64,000 bases of DNA from Octopus vulgaris (GCA_951406725.2 OX597818.1:100130001-100194000), one strand, 5' to 3'; counted from the stretch's first letter, positions 1 to 13,333 are shown. Notes: generated from the letters alone by a model not told the origin. Numbers and translations are program-made.

Positions 1-452
1 AAAGATAAAACACAAACAGAAACACACGCAGGAACGTACATAAATATTTATTTAGATATTTTTGCCAATGATTATAGACGTACTGATGTGAGAGGGGCAA
101 GGTGGTGGTGGTGCTGTATTGTAGCTAAAACATAAAACATTTTCCTATAATTGGAATCTAAGAAATACGGTGAAAATATTCTTTTGATAATAACCCATAA
201 ATATTTTTCTTTGATTATTGTATATTGTTAGGAACCGATATATCAGTAAACAATTCCATCATTGAACGTTTTAAAATCCAGATTTCAGTGAATGGCAAAG
301 ATATCAATAGCAAAAATACATAGATAAATATATAAATAAATAACATAAACATTGGATTTGAAAGGAACCGCGTTTCAAGCATTTCTTTCGAGTTCTGAAA
401 ATTTTAACATCTATCTACACACCCACCTTGCGTGCATGCATGTACGACTGTA

Positions 453-502
<50 letters not shown>

Positions 503-945
503 AGAGAGAGAGAGAGAGCTATATATATATATAGTATGAATGTATGAATGCTTGCAAATATATATATATGTATATATATTTGCAAGCATTCATATATTCA
601 TACTATATATATTTAGATACATATATGTATATACGTATATATTTGTATTTATATATATATGTGTGTGTATGTATGCATGTTTGTATGTGTTTAGTCACGA
701 GCAAGCGTGTATCTGTATGCGTATCTGCCGTGAGAGATGTAATTACACTTTCAAATCAACATTTATATTCATCATTTGCTCCGACGTGTCCTGCTTCACA
801 ATTTTCAATTTCATTTTTGATACACTCAAAAATATTAATTTTCCTTCGATATATTACCTTAATTAAGAAAAGTGTTCAATGGAGAATACAGCAAGCCATC
901 ATTCACCACACCAACTTACACATACAAGCATAAATGTACACACAG

Positions 946-992
<47 letters not shown>

Positions 993-1055
993 CTTATATA
1001 CATACACACACACGGATATATATACGCACATGCATACACACACATACATATATAG

Positions 1056-1100
<45 letters not shown>

Positions 1101-2097
1101 CTGTGTCGATTCAGAGAATTGTATGACTATAACAGGAACCTCTTCTATTAAACTCGGCTAGAAATCCATATAGTAACCCGATATAACTGACATCAGCCCT
1201 AGTGTTCAATTGGTACTTACTTTATCGACCTTCTATGCTCGATAAAGGTCAAGTCAACTAAGGAGGTCATAAAATCCTCTTCTTTGCAACTATTAATTAT
1301 GTTTCAAGTGATCAATGTCATCGTCAGAAAAAAAAAACGCGATTTGAAGAATTGGATGACGTGACAAAGAATATGGAGTGTACTGGAACAAAGACCGCGA
1401 GAGCTATATCTTTAGTCACAGCTAATCCTCAATACAAGAAAAGCTAGGACCTTGATTTCTTTTACAACACAAAGATTTTCAGGTTTCTTTTAAGAATAGG
1501 TCTTTTAACAATAATCAAAATGAATTCCAATGAAAGAAAAAATTGTAATTTAACCTCAGAAAAGGAAATTAAAAAATAAAATGCTTTTTGTGTTGTAAAT
1601 TCATAATTTTATACTATATATACATTGGTGATGTGTGGAAAATTCACAGACACTGCCCACCCACACACACCAACAAAATGAATCTAACTTCTTTTATAGA
1701 CAAGAAGTTGTAAGAATACAGTTCAATTTAAACAGATTGTAATCAGAATTTCAACGTAAATTATATTGATTTGCAATCTACTTGAGATCCTTATCATATT
1801 CCGTTGAAGTAGGCGAACTATGTTTAATTAGCATGAATATTTATTCCTTGAAACCATACTACCGTTATCATTGGTCTGAACACAATGCTTTGAAATGAAC
1901 ACATATATTAATTTATACGAATACGCATATGTATATACATACATACATACATACAATATATGTATATATCTATATATCTATATCTATAGTTATCTATCTA
2001 ACTCTCCATTATGAATAATATCAGAGGCAGTAACGACAGTTTTCTCGCTTTCGCTAACCTGAAACGTTTTAACAACAGTGATAATAACATTATTATT

Positions 2098-2241
2098 ATT
2101 ATTGTTGTCAGAATCATCAGCACGCCGGGCATATTACTTAGTAGCATTTCATTCGTCTACGTTCAGAGTTCAAATTCTGTCGAGGATAGCTTGACTTCTT
2201 ACCCTTTCAGAATTGATAAAATAAGAACAAGTTGAGCACTG
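2098..2241 (+). mobile_element. Degraded SINE family B copy (tRNA-like head and central domain), truncated at a (TTA)n tract
   Basis: cagaatcatcagcacgccggg...gagttcaaattctgtcgagg...ctttcagaattgataaaataag matches the family B copies at 6065-6297 and 19824-20040. Confidence 0.7.
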
Positions 2242-2259
2242 TTATTATTATTATTACTA

Positions 2260-2790
2260 TTGAGTGAGAGAGCAGTGCATGCCATCAAAGTGACACTGGG
2301 GTAAAATCTACGAAGCCCAGTATATCCATCATGACTACCCGTCTGATAAGGGTACACCAGGCACATGCATCACAACCATATGTGCGCGACATAGTGATCT
2401 CATATCAAGATAAACAGCGCATGACCTTGCAGGTGGGGCCCAGTTAGAATTTTCTTCTGGTCGAGTAACCCATACCGCTCTAAAGGTCCCTGAATAAGGG
2501 TTGTTTAAGGATGTTCAACGAAACACCCATGTTTCTAGAGGTGAATTATTCAAACCCCAAATAATCCCATTCAACACATGGCTATAATGCTCCCCCACTA
2601 CTTCTGCTCGTGATAAGAGATGTACATATCGTCAGCCACTCAGGGACATGCTCAACTGGTTAAGGTCAAACAACTGAGAAGCAAATCTGTGGTATTGAGC
2701 AGAATATTTGCTGTAGCCCATCTTTTATAGCAAGACAAAACAAGATAAGAAGCCACGCGAGCCACTGCCTGGTAGTGCATCAGGGCATTT
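2260..2790. mobile_element. Approx. 530-bp interspersed element lying between (TTA)n and (TCA/TTA)n tracts, class unresolved
   Basis: Sharply bounded higher-GC block with trinucleotide repeats on both sides and no ORF; single copy in the window. Confidence 0.5.
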
Positions 2791-3951
2791 ATCATCATCA
2801 TCATCATTATTATAATTATTTTACGAGGCGTGAAATTTTAGGCGTTGTAGTTAATAGATTACATGAACTCAAGTGTCGGTACCCAATTTTATTGACACCG
2901 AAAGCATAAAAGACAACATCAACTTTGATGGAAGTTGAAAGAATAGCAGAATGAATGGATTCGAGATTGAAACAATACGTATAACAGTAAGTACTTTGGG
3001 AATGAGTGAAAAAGATGCAAGCGAGTATATAACCAAACCACGTAGCTTAGTTATGCTTATCATATTTATAGAAAATATTAGTTACAGACAATTCTCAATC
3101 TAGAAACATTTCAATATAATAGAAAATACAAAATCAAAACAAAAGACTGTACTTATCCAAGGCGCTCATTGTTACGCTCAGTTGTGTAATGAAATCACGC
3201 AATGAAATTATGACTACTGAGAAATAGTAACAATAAAACCATTAAGAACAACAATGGCAAACAACTGGAATGTTGCAGATTAACCATACTGAACAGAGTT
3301 ATTTGTAGGAAAAATGCATCCAGAAAAATCTCTGGAAACACAACTGGAGGTTAAAGAAGGTAATAAAAAGTAATTCAATGAAGTTAGCAAAATAGAAATA
3401 ATTATAAGTTTTTGTTTTTAGACAAGTATAACAAAAATCGTAACTCATGTGTTTGACAAAGATACAGAGACTACAAATGTAGATCAAAGAAAACTTAAAT
3501 ATATTTAGAAGTATTTGAGCTACGGAGCATATAAGAAATAGAAACAATATTCACAAATGAAGTAGGAGATCAAGAGAGAATCCTCTATGCAAAATTGAAG
3601 AAAATAAAACAATAGCTATTAATGCTCTTATTATTTAAGTAATATATTATCGCTACAGTAAACTAAACTTCTCTAAACTCGATATTGAGTTATTAATAAT
3701 AGATTGTAAAGCAATGAACTAAAGACTATATTCGTAGGAAAGAAGAATATAATCTACTACTCTCTAAGATTATAAATTCTACTATTGTAATTCTTCTACT
3801 TTATAGTATTATTATGAAGAATAAATCTACTGCGGGATTATAAAAATTTACTAGTAGAAAGAAAAAAACACAAATTGTCACAAATATGGAGAAAACGAGA
3901 AGAACACAAGCAAGCAGACTTTGATTCGGGGACTACCTATGTGTTATATTA

Positions 3952-3989
<38 letters not shown>

Positions 3990-4169
3990 ATATATATATA
4001 TGCAGAAAAAGAGAGAGAGAGAAACAAACAGAGAGAGAGAGAGAGAGGGTGGAGAGAAGGTGGCTGGTAGAGTGGGAGAGAGAAATAGAATAACGAACGT
4101 TCACAAACGCATATATTTACGAGTCAGAGGTCAAAGTTCACCCAATGTTTCTGCGATTATCATATTTTA

Positions 4170-4705
4170 AGTCACATGGTGTCGTATCAAAATGTCGTTG
4201 AAGGTAACAATGTCACTATTCTCTGGAATTTTTCAGTCAACACCTAGAGAACTATCCCGGCTAATCGACCAGACATAATCATTGAAGACAGGGAAGAGAA
4301 TATTTGTTGACTAGTAGATGTAAGTGTCCGCATTAATATCATTGAAGGGTTTCGACAAATTAAGTAAACGTAAATACCTGGAAATTGAAATGCAAAAGAT
4401 GTGGCATCTGAAAGCAAGAACTGTACCTGTTATTGTGGGTGTTTTAGGTATGATAAAATGGGATGTTAGAAACATTTAGATAACATTCTAGGAGAAACAT
4501 ATAATTGGTGCACTTAGAAGTATCACCACTCATCTACCAACATAGCTAAAAAAGATCGGTACAAGTGTGAATGTAGAATACCTAAAAAGATCGGTATTGT
4601 CTAGATTTGCAAGAATTCTTTGCAGGGATTTTAAATCATGACCAGTAAGCACGTGTCACCTTAGTCTCATGGTTGTGAACAGCTTTCCATCATACCTAGT
4701 AATAT
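4170..4705 (+). mobile_element. Decayed 3' end of an R4/Dong-type non-LTR retrotransposon (restriction-like endonuclease domain)
   Basis: Broken translation NVVEGNNVTILWNFSVNT*RTIPANRPDIIIEDREENIC*LVDVSV...LEIEMQKMWHLKARTVPVIVGVLGMIK fits the RPD..D REL motif; runs directly into (TAA)n. Confidence 0.85.
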
Positions 4706-4706
4706 A

Positions 4707-4759
<53 letters not shown>

Positions 4760-4771
4760 TAATAATAATAA

Positions 4772-4850
<79 letters not shown>
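4706..4850. repeat. (TAA)n microsatellite
   Basis: About 48 near-perfect TAA units. Confidence 0.98.
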
Positions 4851-5069
4851 GATATTATATTGGTTGAACGATATTTCGACAGCAGCCTGTCTTTGGTGAT
4901 TCAAAATAAGAAATGATAAATATTCAAAATTACAGAAATTTAAATTTAAACATGAAATTGAAACTTAAACACTGATGATGTAATTCCATCAAAAAATCAC
5001 AGCACATACCCAAGGCACACAGAGCTGCGCTCGTAGTGAAGTGAAAGCACGCTATAAAAAATAAAACTA

Positions 5070-5109
<40 letters not shown>

Positions 5110-5251
5110 GATATTATATTGGTTGAACGATATTTCGACAGCAGCCTGTCTTTGGTGATTCAAAATAAGAAATGATAAATATTCAAAATTACAGAAATTT
5201 AAATTTAAACATGAAATTGAAACTTAAACACTGATGATGTAATTCCATCAA
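4851..5251 (+). repeat. Perfect 142-bp direct duplication (4851-4992 = 5110-5251)
   Basis: gatattatattggttgaacg...gatgtaattccatcaa is identical in both copies by eye; each copy is preceded by (TAA)n. Confidence 0.95.
4993..5109 (+). mobile_element. 5'-truncated R4/Dong-type 3' UTR (80 bp) plus (TAA)n tail
   Basis: aatcacagcacatacccaaggcacacagagctgcgctcgtagtgaagtgaaagcacgctataaaaaataaaactactg is the reverse complement of 28098-28180, which continues into an ORF end (RRTLSIQ*). Confidence 0.75.
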
Positions 5252-5868
5252 GTATGACATCATAAGAAAACCGTATGAATTTACTACAACTATGTTTGTT
5301 GCTAGAATAGTGGCAAATTTATATTCCAATTCTTTGGGAAATGTTTTCTTTTGCTAATGTCGCAATTAACACCAATTAACTTTTAAAGATAACTACATTA
5401 AGGTTAATAGCAATAAGTTGACAATTGTTATTTTGCAAAAATTATTTATCAATAAATAAAATCTTTATTTTTTATATGCTAATTGTCTACATCAACATGG
5501 CGTCAGTATTCTACATCTAATGGCTACTTCTAAATCTACAAGTGTAATAATAAAGGTGTGAGTGTTTGTGTAATACTTTCTCTTTCTATGCCGAATAATT
5601 ATTTGAAATTAATGTATGCATGTCTTACTATTACATGTGGATATAGTGATTTCATAATTATATTTTAATGCACATAGATTATAAAGAGAGTGATTCTGCA
5701 TTTCCTGTAGATGCATACATACACATTTAGTGATATAAGTAGATATCACATGCGGCGGTGTAATGGATGGCCTCTGGATCGTTAGTTCAGTTTTTACGTT
5801 TCTGATATTAAGTTTGTGGCCATGTTGTCCAAAGCGTTCAGTGGTTTCTGAATATCATAACAATCTAG

Positions 5869-6297
5869 TTTTCTACTCTAGGCATAAGGCTCGAAAGTTT
5901 GGGGGAGGGGTTAGTCGATTTGATCTACCCCAGTACCCAACTGGTACTTAATTTATTGACCCCGAAAGGATGAAAGACAATATCATACACGGCGGAATTT
6001 GAAATTAGAACGTAAAAGCAGACGAAATACCGCTAACCATTTCACCCGGCGGGCTAACGTTTCTTATTTCTTTATTGCCCACAAGGAGCTAAACATTCAG
6101 GGGACAAACAAAGAGAGACAAAGTGATTAAGTCGATTATATCGACCCCAGTGCGTAACTGGTACTTAATTTATCGACTCCGAAAGGATGAATGACAAAGT
6201 CGACCTCGGCGGAATTTGAACTCAGAACGTAGCGGCAGACGAAGTACCGCTAAGCATTTCGCCCGGCGTGTTAACGATTCTGCCAGCTCGTCGCCTT
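5869..6297 (-). mobile_element. Two tandem SINE family B copies (5869-6064 and 6065-6297) with different 3' tails
   Basis: Minus strand aaggcgacgagctggcagaatcgttaacacgccggg (A-box)...gagttcaaattcc (B-box)...gtcgactttgtcattcatcctttcggagtcgataaattaagtaccag. Confidence 0.9.
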
Positions 6298-6545
6298 TGA
6301 ACCACGCTATTTTGGGATCAAGGTGAGTTGCTGCATAGAAACGCAAACGAAAATTACTGGTAAAACATCTTTCACGTCAAACTTCACTCGGCGTAATGTG
6401 AACGTAAGTTGGAATGAAATATGTTTGATAAAATATCTCTTCGTTCGAAGCTTAACTAGACAAATCGACACTGAGAAGAAAAGAAAAAGACCAACGATAT
6501 ATTGTGAAAAACTGCGTCTTAGCAGAGCTCAAGACGTATGCAAAA

Positions 6546-6598
<53 letters not shown>
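6546..6598. repeat. (CTA)n microsatellite
   Basis: Direct reading. Confidence 0.97.
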
Positions 6599-7031
6599 GA
6601 GGATAACAGTTCCTCTTGATTTATACAGCGTTCTATGGGTTATATATGTATATGTCCATGAATGTATTTGGAATTGTTTCACCGGGCTAAAACCCTGGAG
6701 TACCCGTCCTAATTGTGATTATTTTATCATATTTATGTATACTATATAATAAAACAAGATTTATCGATTGCCACCCAAGGAGAATTATGGGTGATATGTC
6801 ATCAATAAATTAAAACTCCCATAATATCAACACCATCGTCATCATCATCATCATTGGCCTTGTGTACTACTTTATCTCTGGCTGGTAATATTGATATTAA
6901 TAAAAATAATCGTATGCATAAAAAAAAAAAATGCTTACAGTGGAAGATATTAAAATATGTCTATAAAAATAGGAAGAATATCAATAATAATATCAATAAA
7001 AATGATGATGATGATGATAGTGCTGATCACA

Positions 7032-7063
7032 ATTATTATTATTATTATCATCATTATTATTAC

Positions 7064-7096
<33 letters not shown>

Positions 7097-7188
7097 CATC
7101 ATTATTATTATTCTTATTATTATTATCATTATTATTCTTATTATCATTATTATCATTACTGTTCTTATTACCATTATTATTCTTATTA

Positions 7189-7240
<52 letters not shown>

Positions 7241-7263
7241 CATCATCATTATTATTATTATTA
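7032..7263. repeat. Imperfect (TTA/TCA)n microsatellite
   Basis: Direct reading; source of the poly-Y/I/N ORFs. Confidence 0.97.
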
Positions 7264-7638
7264 AGATTGTCCTTATTGTGTTCAAAAGCAGAAGAAAGAA
7301 GAACGGATACAATAAAAGAAAGGACGAGGTAAAAAAAAAAAAACCACACCACACTGCAGGTTATGCGCCGGTATTGAAACAAACCTAAATGTTGGACAAC
7401 TGAACTATTTCTATCCAACCGATTTTATTTATAGTCTCTGAACAAATACTTAGACCGAGATACACAGATACGACGCAGACATAACATTGAGAGATGGAGA
7501 GTATAGGAAGCAGAATGCAGGAGTGGAGAGACAGAGATTCTGTTTCCTTTTTAAAGTAGCGATGAAAGTATGTGTGTATGTGTGTATATATGTATGTATG
7601 TATGTATGTATGAATGTATGTATGTATATATATCTATC

Positions 7639-7669
<31 letters not shown>

Positions 7670-7834
7670 ACATAGGTATATATATATGTGTGTGTTTATT
7701 TGTGTATGTGTGTATAGGTATATATGTGTTTGTATAGTAGTGTATATATATGTATGTGTGTATATGTATATGTGTATGTTTGTGTATATATATACATATC
7801 TCTTTATATAGTATATATCTATACCATACATATG

Positions 7835-7870
<36 letters not shown>

Positions 7871-7980
7871 CATCTATATATATATGAATGGATATATCTA
7901 TCTATATATATATATATCTATATATATATATATGTGTGTGTATACATGTGTGCATGCGTTTATTTTTGGTACAGCTTTTA

Positions 7981-8201
7981 TCTTTTACCGTCTTCTTGTT
8001 TCAGTCATTTCATTGCTGCCATACTAGGGCACCGCCTTGAAAGGTTTTAGTCGAACAAATCGACCCTAGGATTTTTTGTTTTTTAAGCCAGGTGCTTAGT
8101 CTATCTTCCCCTTCTGCCGAACTGCTATATTTTGGGGACGTAAATACACTAACACCGGTAGTCAAGTGGTGGTGTGAGACAAACATAGACATAAAACACA
8201 C
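7981..8201 (-). mobile_element. SINE family A, 3' half
   Basis: cttgtttcagtcattt...gcaccgcc...tagtcgaacaaatcgaccc...gccgaac...ggggacgtaaa matches 55667-55860. Confidence 0.85.
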
Positions 8202-8719
8202 GCCGGATATCATAATATGGTGTGAAAGAGAGAAAGTGGGTAATCTAGTCAAGTTAATGGTTCCTCATGAAGATAACATGGACGCCGCTCGTGCTCGAAA
8301 GATTGATCATTATGTAAACCTCCTCGAGGAATGTGAAGACGCAGGCTGAAAAGCGGAGCATTTTCCAGTCGAAGTCGTATATAGAGGATTCATTGGACAT
8401 AGTGTGATGTGATTGTTGTTAACATTAGGCTTACTCATCGTAAAGAAAATGGCACCATGAGTGATATCCAAACGACAGTGGAAACGAGTAGCCACTGGAT
8501 TACATTAAAAAAAAACGATGAGCGATGGCTAGATGCATATTGAGCAATATCTGATAACCAATTGATCTAGGGAACGGGGCCTCATTTTAGTGAGGGCACA
8601 ATGTTGCTATCAGGAGGTCGGCTTCGAAACGCACTCTCTCCTGATGAAACCATGCAGTCACTGGTTGCCGGTAAGCGGAGTTTTCGCGTGGTAGTACTTG
8701 CACGTGCAAGTAGTTCGCA

Positions 8720-8720
<1 letters not shown>
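8202..8720 (+). mobile_element. 5'-truncated HERO/NeSL-like non-LTR retrotransposon: REL endonuclease C-terminus and structured 3' UTR
   Basis: PDIIIWCEREKVGNLVKLMVPHEDNMDAARARKIDHYVNLLEECEDAG*KAEHFPVEVVYRGFIGHSV resembles the PD..ELTVP.E...RK..Y..L...GW....PVEVG.RG pattern; ends at (TA)n. Confidence 0.8.
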
Positions 8721-8751
<31 letters not shown>

Positions 8752-8980
8752 TCATATGATCTTATACGTTGATGTGCACTTATAGGTATACGTTAGTTTA
8801 TATGTAGATATGCATGTATGTACTTCTATATATATATGCATCCAAATATATGTATATCTTCAGAGAAAGATATATTGATAGACAAACAGACACGCACACA
8901 GATAGATAAATAGATAGGTAGAGAGAAAACAGACAAGCAAACAAACAGATAGATAGATAGATTTAGATAGATAGATAAAC

Positions 8981-9071
<91 letters not shown>

Positions 9072-9985
9072 CGTTCCATGGTTTTGCTTCAACTGTTAAT
9101 TCTAACAGAAAATGGACCGTCTCCACTCCAGAAGTAACACATTTTATTATAGATGCAAACTATTTAATTTATCTACGGTTCTTAATTATGTGTGTGCGCA
9201 TGGCAACATCTCATTGGCTGTACCAATCTTGTACAGCTATATAAACTTTTATAGCTATGGATGAACATTTGTAACTTACAAACCCTAAATTTCTAGAGTT
9301 TTATATATGGTTCTACTTCTTTTCAAAGCTTTCACTTTTAATCACCTACTTGACGGGATCATTTATGATTTAGAATATTTGTGCACGAGTAACTGATTAT
9401 AAATCGAAATTACTAGCGATCTCATTATACATATACACGCGCACGCAACCACGAACACGCACGTGTACATATATATATATATATATATACACATATACGC
9501 TTCTATATAATTATTTATTTCTTACACTCTCTGTATATCTGAAGGTGTATGTTTGTGACTGTTTGTGACTGTTTGTGAGTGCGCACATGCATTCGTATTA
9601 CTTTTAATCTGATCTTTAACGTTAACGACTACTGTAGAACTAATTGCTATTAGTTTCTCGAACCCTATCCATATTGCTGGGCAACTGTAGCTATATTTTG
9701 TACAAATTTTGACAATAGCATTCGAATAGTTTTCTTCAAATTATGATTTTGTACAGTTCTGTACATCTGTGAACTTTTCTAGCTCAATACTTACCACTGT
9801 CCCTTATGCCAATTCCATGAGAAGACTATTGACCAGAAAATTCGTATCAGGTTCGTGCTCGCTTTCAAGAAACAGCATTGAAAATGACAACTAGATTAAT
9901 TTATCTATATTGGTCTCTCACCTAATGCATAGCCTACAGTCGTGGTTTTATGGTAAAAGTGATGTACAATTTTATTGGGTCGGTA

Positions 9986-10211
9986 TTCTTTTACTTGCTT
10001 CAGCCATTTGACTGTGTCCATGCTGGAGCACCGTCTTTAGTCGAGCAAATCGACTCTAGGACTTATTCTTTGTAAGCGTGGTACTTATCCTATCGGTCTC
10101 TTTTGCCGAACCACTAAGTTACGGGGACGTTAACACACCAGCATCGGTGGTCAAGCGATGGTGCGGGTCACAAACACAGACACACACACACATACACAAA
10201 CACGCGTGCAC

Positions 10212-10251
<40 letters not shown>

Positions 10252-10409
10252 ATGACGATCTTCTTTCAGTTTCCGTCTACTAAATCCACTAACAAGACTT
10301 TAGTCGGCCCGAGGCTATAGCAAAAGACACTTGCCCAAATTTCCACGCAGTGACACTGAACCCGGAACCATGTGGCTGGGATGAAAGCTACTTACCACAC
10401 TACTGCGCC
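9986..10409 (-). mobile_element. SINE family A, near full length, with internal (TA)/(TG) tract
   Basis: tRNA-like head (minus gtgtggtaag...ggttccgggttcagt), CORE-like ttgggcaagtgtctt, 3' ggtgctccagcatgg...tgaagcaagtaaaaga. Confidence 0.9.
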
Positions 10410-10920
10410 AAGGTTGGTATCTCAGAATTAGAGAGTAATGAAACCTGTGCCACGGCATTTCAATTCGTTTTTCTCATACATTTACGTATGGGCATTTCAT
10501 CAATGGATACATGCAATTTACGACATTCAAATACTGATTGAATCGGTTTTATGAAGAGAAGGTAAACATCTATATTTATATGTAAATGTTTGCTGATTTT
10601 TATACTTTCATGTTCCAGCATCAAGGCAACGTATCCCATATTCCACCCTATGTAGTAACACAATTCAACGTCCGTTTCAATAATGTTAATGCTATATTTT
10701 TTGTGCAGATCGAATACATTATCAAAATTGTGGATACATATTTCATTATCTGTATCACCCAGATACCTGTGTTTCTTATTTTCTACGTACATATTCACAA
10801 ACGAAGGTACACACACACACACACACAAACTAAATATAAACACACATAGAGGTATACGCGTGCGCAAATAAAGACACATACAATAAGAATACAAAATACA
10901 AAATGGCTGATCGTTAGTAA

Positions 10921-11117
10921 GGAGAGACACACAAATAAGAACGAAGAAACCAAAAGACCACTGATGAGGTCACAGAAGTGTGACGAAAGGACTCTGGCCG
11001 AAATAAGATTAAGATTAATGTAAAAAATAAATAAAGCTGAAGCAAATTAACACCAAATATATAGTGCGTGTGTTTTTATTGGCTAAACTGGCAACATGAC
11101 CATTCCTAAATACGACA

Positions 11118-11118
<1 letters not shown>
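10921..11118 (+). mobile_element. Short hammerhead-bearing repeat (Penelope pseudo-LTR-like) ending at (TA)n
   Basis: Contains the hammerhead at 10956-10999, an aataaa signal and a 3' end abutting tatatata; 5' edge uncertain. Confidence 0.55.
10956..10999 (+). ncRNA. Minimal type-I hammerhead ribozyme motif with canonical core
   Basis: cca-CTGATGA-g-gtcaca gaag tgtgac-GAAA-ggac-TC-tgg: stem I cca/tgg, 6-bp stem II, 2-bp stem III, CUC cleavage triplet. Confidence 0.75.
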
Positions 11119-11148
<30 letters not shown>

Positions 11149-12536
11149 TATAATATACATGCCACAGAGAATCTCAAAACTAGACACCAACGCTATTGTG
11201 TTACCTATCAAGAACGCCAAACAATACCAAAGCAAGCTATTTCCGGAGGCTATAAATTAACAGACACATACCACTTTACACGAATGAAAGACAACGGTGA
11301 TTAACGAGAATAAGACGAAAGGAATTCCTAATCGAGCGTAACATACGTGCGTTCCTATCAGCAGCTGCCCGAAGTAATTTGTGTGAGCGGGTTTGGTTGA
11401 GTGTTTTTCTAATAATATAGATATCTATGTAGATATACATACACATACGCATGGACGTACACAAATATCCGTAGAGCATACGCAAATAAATTTTAGAGGA
11501 ATTTAGATTGCGCACGCATAATTACAAACATCTGCAATTGTTTGTGCGTCATTATCAGTTGTAAATTGTTGAATGTTACAAAAAATATGCTAATATTGCA
11601 TTAATATGATTCGCGTATAGCCGAATATAAGCGCTTCGTTATACTATATTTAGTATTCTTAGTGTATACGCTTATATGCGTATTTCTATGCATATGTGTA
11701 TATTGTTAAATTTAAAAAAAAAACTAGTTTAAATTTTAAAAAAAACATTTTTGATTATCTACCTTATACTGCAAAACTCCCTGATTACCTTCCCCTGTCT
11801 AGAACTCTCATACTTCCCATCATAGCGAGGAGAGGACACAATATCATTAAAGAAATAAGCTTTACAGGCAACTGAATAACTCTCTTCCTCTCTGTATTCC
11901 GTCCTTCTTCACCCCACCTCTCCCTCTCTCATCTTATCTATACATCTGTCCACCTATCCACCTCTCATTTTATACACGATCAATTTGAACCAACAAGTAA
12001 ATACGTAAAACTCAAACATGTATGTCAATAGGTAGGGGTAAGTACGACTCTGAATATCATATGTTGCTGTGTTTTCGCTCACAATTGTGGTAATTCTAAT
12101 GAAGAATATACCAAAGATCATTACTAAGCTACACATTTTGTGTTTTCTCTGGTTATGCGTACATTTTTATGGATTGCATTATACCAATGTAAAATATTGT
12201 ACTTGAAAAGAGTTTAAAGTTAATTATATCTATAAAATGTCTGTGGAAATCAATATGGTTTTGTATACATGTGTAGATATTTATTTCTTTTTACGATGCT
12301 TGTTTTCTTTTTAATAAAAATGTAATCAATCGAGCATTCTAATTATTATCAATCGTCTACAAGGTCATAAATGTTTATACACTATATATTAATCGTTTAT
12401 TTTTTAGAATGCATATGGAGGAATATATAAGAAAATATCAATTAAACTTCCATTTATTTACATATACGCACGGGTCAGAATGGAGAACAGAAGGTAATTT
12501 GAAACCCACCAAATTTAAATTTACAGGATATCTATA

Positions 12537-12728
12537 GGATCAGACGTGGCCAAGAAGCTTGCTTAGCAGCAATGAAGTTTCGGATTCAGCCTAATTGCTT
12601 GGCACCATGGGCAAGTGTCATATATTGTAGCCTCAGGCCAATCAAAGTATAGTGAGTGGATTTGCTAAACGGAAACTGAAAGAACCCCGTGGTATATATA
12701 CATACATACATACATATATATATACAAC

Positions 12729-12775
<47 letters not shown>

Positions 12776-13134
12776 TATATATATATGTGTGTGTGTGTGA
12801 GCGCGCGTATGCGTCGTTGTGTCAGTTTGGTCCCCACCATCGCTTGGCAACCACTGTTAGCTTCTTAATGTTCCCTCGGCAAAGGACTTCGACAGAAAAA
12901 GTTCCAGGCTTTACAATAAAAAAAGGAAATAATAATAATAATAATAATAATATTAATAATAATAGTAATAATAATAATAATGATAATAATAATAATAATA
13001 ATAATAATAAGAAGAAGAAGAAGAAGACGAAAAAGAATAATGATAATTCAGTTCGATTCATTTCACTAAAACGTCTTCAAGGCGATTCCCAAGCATGGCC
13101 ACAGTATAAAGACTAAAACGAATAACGGATAAAA
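12537..13134 (+). mobile_element. Diverged SINE family A copy with internal (TA)n and (TAA)n expansions
   Basis: ggcaccatgggcaagtgtc...gtgagtggatttg...cggaaactgaaagaa...aaggcgattcccaagcatggccacagt. Confidence 0.8.
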
Positions 13135-13297
13135 ATAGAGATCATAGACCTTTCGCCAGGGAGATTTAAACAGATGTAACTAAAACCTGTTGCTCTCTTC
13201 GTATACATGCTTTCGCTTTGCATGAGCAATAATTTTAAAGCGATGATTAAATAATTTATGAAGATGGAATTTAATGCACACGTGTATATATGCATAT

Positions 13298-13333
<36 letters not shown>

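Noticed and set aside
8621-8650. cgaaac...ctgatga as a permuted hammerhead in the HERO-like UTR
   Set aside because: Cannot form stem III with an NUH triplet plus stem I; ctcctgat pairs better with the upstream atcaggag
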